Assembly (NCBI RefSeq): GCF_009914755.1
Contig: NC_060929.1
Length of the DNA stretch: 64,000 bases
Strand: one strand, 5' to 3'
Source of the DNA: the human T2T-CHM13v2.0 reference genome, Homo sapiens
Of the stretch, positions 60,523 to 64,000 are shown piece by piece. The notes beneath the pieces were generated by a model, which saw nothing but the letters and a program-made list of their open reading frames with translations, was not told the origin of the DNA and made no database searches. The position numbers and the translations under genes were made by a program. Positions within the stretch are counted from its first letter, which is position 1, and each line of letters starts with the position of its first letter.

Positions 60523-62108
60523 TAGAATATTCTTGTTGAGCCTGTGATATTTATTTTAGAACAAGGCATTTCATGCTAATGGTGACTATCTAAACCAAAT
60601 AAAACAAAAGCAATATGCTTTTTAAAATTATCAGTCTTTCTTTTGTTCATAAGAGTCTAAATTAAGGATTCTGTTGAATGTCACCTGAGTCTGTTGGTGC
60701 TCTACTATCGGTAGTTTTACCCTATTGGGCAATAGTCCGGTCTATTTAGACCACTGTTTTCTAACAGGCACCAAGAAAATTGTAGAAGGACATGTTCATC
60801 ATCTTTGCATTACCATGAAACATCCTGATTTTTCTTAGAGCAACCAGTTTTTAATTGTATCAATCCAGTCATGAATTTGCATATTTTAGCAAATCCATTT
60901 ATAGGTTTAACCTATGAATTCTATTCTGTGCCTCAAAATTCTCTGAAATCTTTTCATTTGCCTGAAATCAAAAAGCACTTCCTCTTTTATCTGATAGTCT
61001 AAATTTTTTTGAATGTTCTTTTTTTATTAGCCATGTTCTTCCTGAATCTGTTGATATCTGCCACATTCTTATTTAATCTTTATTTTCAGTATCAAATCCT
61101 AAGATTTTTAGTTTTTCCATACAAGAGTACTCAACTCTTTGATCATGTAGTGCCTTCTTGGCATCTTCTTTAGGTGCATTTTATCTTTCTTAAGAAAGTA
61201 TCCCAGTTATTGTCACACCAGGCAAGATTTTATACAGACAAAAGGCATAGTTTGTTTTGTTTTGGTATTGATCCTCTGCTTTAAAATACTCGACATCTTG
61301 GGGATCTCTTAAGGTCTTCCCTGTCAATTTCATGGGTCAAAATTCTCAGTTCTTTTACAGGCTCCTTTTCTTTTACCCAAGTGTAAAATGGTGGAATTCC
61401 TTGAAGCTCTGCCCTAGGCTCTTTTCCTTTCTCTCTATGCTTCTGTTATAGTTTTTGTTTTTGTTTTCAAATTTACAGCTCAATTTGAGTTTTTTCCCTG
61501 AGTTTTAGACACATTATTGAACTGACTATGTGACATCTTCCCTTAGGTGGTATTTTAGACACTTCTAACTCAACTGTCACAAACTGAATTCGTAATCTTT
61601 CCCATCCCTGAATCTCTTATCTTTTCCCAGTTTCCTTTTCTCAGAAATTCCAATCCAGTTGCTCAAATTTCAAAATCTTGGAAATCATTCACGATGCCAT
61701 CCTTATCCCCTGCAAATAGCAACTGACTGCTTTAATTCTGCTACTTAAAAGTATCTTATGTCATCACTCTTCTCTTCATCCCCAGTCCAAGCCACCATCG
61801 TCTCTCCTGTTCTACAATACTTTGTCTTACTTCTCTTCCCATTTCCACTCATAGTCGATTTTGTTCACTGAAACCATAGTAATCTGTTTAGAGTGTGCAT
61901 CTAATTATTCCTTTTTCTGCGTAAAATCTTTAATGTGGCACATAAAGTCTTATGTGATCCGGCATCTACCCATGTTTATAGCCTCATTTTGTGGCCCTCT
62001 CCTTGCTGTTAAATATTTCAGGCCCAGGGGCCCTTTCACATGCTGTTTCCTTTGCTTAGAACGCATCTTTCTTCTTCCTGCCCCACCCTTGTTAGATACG
62101 CATTCATC

Positions 62109-62250
62109 TGGCCAGACCTGATGGCTCATGCCTGTAATCCCAGCACTTTGGGAGGCCGAGGCAGGAGAATCACTTGAACCTAGGAGTTCGCAACCAGCTC
62201 GGGCAACATAGTGGCACCCTGTCTCTACCAAAATAAAAATAAAAAGAAAG
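62109..62250 (+). mobile_element. FLAM inserted in an L2-like tract (~61300-62480)
   Basis: Monomer flanked by agatac(g/a)cattcatc duplication. Confidence 0.8.
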
Positions 62251-63646
62251 ATACACATTCATCCTTTACGTTTCAACTTAAACATTAAAAGATTATTTCC
62301 TCAGCCTTTTTATTATGGAGCCTAATCCCAGGTCTAAGTTAAGTCCACCTATTATATCACCCTGTGGTTCTACATAGTTCATCTATCTTTGCTCCAATCT
62401 GTACGCTCTTCATAAAGACAGTGACTGATTTTTGTTCACTGTCTCTGTATTTTGCCACTGTTGCAGGTGAATGGAGGAAAATTTTCCTAAATATGATTTG
62501 GATTTTCTTTAACCAAATTAATTTTCACTTACCTACATTCAAACATGTCTGTCATTCCTGCTAGTAATAAAGTTTTGCATAAATCTTCCTACATTTAAAT
62601 CCCTTGGCTTGGAATTCTTGACCCACGACAGAACTTTGTTTTACAAACTTGCAGATTCTTCTGCATATTGAACTTCCCAGATCACTTATTAAAAATATTA
62701 ACGTACTGGCTGTCTTGCAGATGAATGACCTAATTAGACTTGTAGTATCCAAGAATTGCCTGTTTATATTCATCTTTTTCTTTCTGAGTCCCGTGATGAT
62801 TAATATTTGATGAATTATATTTTGAATAGCCTCCACATGCATTTTTCTCTTTTGTTCACTTCCTCACCATTTTGCTTCACTTTTTTTTTAACTGCTTCCT
62901 TTGTGTCTTTCCCATTCCTTTACCTTTGTTTTCTCCTTGACTTCCTATTGTTGGCCATTGTGGGCATTGTTTAGCATTTTCAGTGGAAAGAATCAGGGGA
63001 AAGAAAATACTAAATCTTAGTATAGTTAATATTTGATATTATCAACGAGAAGTAAGAAATGTTTTGAAAAACACAAATCAGTAGTTTTATATAACTTAAT
63101 AAATTGAACAGATGATCATTTTTTGTAAAAAAAAAAAAAAAAAAACTTTTTAGTTTTTCTTCATGCACAGTTTCATTTAAAGGCATCCGTATTCCTAAGG
63201 GTAATTATTTGCCAAAAAAAAAAAATTAAAGTAGTTAGGCCACAGTGTATGACAGTAAAGAGTGTTTATAAAGCCCTAATAATAATAATAAGTTACCTTT
63301 TTCTGCTTATGTTCACGAAGAACTAGTGTTAGAAAATAGCCTTCTTCACTGTTGGCAAGGTGCAGTGTATATGCAGTAAATAGAAAATAATTATTTCGCT
63401 CAGCAAGATAAGGGGCTGGGGGTGGAGAAACTGGCATAAAATGGAATAATTGTCAGTTGTACTTTATAAATATATTATACAGAAGTTCTTTATAACAGTT
63501 TTTGTAGCTTATAATTCTAAAGGCAAATTTAAACCATATATTCTCATTGATTGAGTTTTTTTTTCCTAGTATTTAAGTTACCAACTTGGTACCAGTTTGT
63601 TTTATTTTAGATGATTGTCTTTTTCCTCTTGCCCTTTTTAAATTAG

Positions 63647-63786
63647 GGGGACTACAGGCCATTGCAGAATTATTGCAAGTGGACTGTGAAATGTACGGGC
63701 TTACTAATGACCACTACAGTATTACACTAAGACGATATGCTGGAATGGCTTTGACAAACTTGACTTTTGGAGATGTAGCCAACAAG
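63647..63786 (+). CDS. APC: APC coding exon 11 (c.1409-1548, 140 nt): GLQAIAELLQVDCEMYGLTNDHYSITLRRYAGMALTNLTFGDVANK; armadillo repeats
   Basis: tttaaattag|GGGGAC ... AACAAG|gtatgt; ORF 63586..63819. Confidence 0.98.
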
Positions 63787-64000
63787 GTATGTTTTTATAA
63801 CATGTATTTCTTAAGATAGCTCAGGTATGAGTTAATTTACTTTCATACAAATACATTTTACTGATTTTCTTTTTTTTCACTCTCCTCATTAAACAATGAC
63901 TGATAAAAACCTGTGCTTCACATTCGCTTATCTTTACTCATTTGTTTGTCTTATGCCTAAACAAAGGCAAAGGTACATCTACAGATGGAACACAGTAGTG

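Overview
This is human genomic DNA covering the 5' part of the APC (adenomatous polyposis coli) tumour suppressor gene on the + strand. It contains ten consecutive coding exons: classical coding exons 2-11, c.136-1548, codons 46-516 (add 1 for NM_000038 exon numbers). All have canonical GT-AG boundaries and an intact frame. The alternative exon-9 acceptor (9a) and the 54-nt cassette exon 10A are also present. The AT-rich introns hold about 35 Alu/FLAM/FAM copies, old L1/HAL1/L2/MIR fragments, THE1/MLT/MER21-type LTRs, Tigger/hAT DNA transposon fossils, an antisense CBX3 (HP1-gamma) processed pseudogene, a U6 retrocopy and a 25-bp minisatellite. Nearly all non-APC ORFs in the track are repeat-derived noise. 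I see no evidence for a wholly new biological system. The most interesting signals concern latent splicing. The best is a 106-nt intron-4 segment (16261-16366) that has exactly the phase needed to replace the weak-acceptor exon 4 in frame and also carries a TAA-C-ATG stop-restart motif. There are also several latent pseudoexons, an in-frame upstream acceptor for exon 11, and a templated fold-back insertion in an Alu. Repeat coordinates and subfamilies were read by eye and are approximate. Clinical variant names are recalled from memory and need verification.
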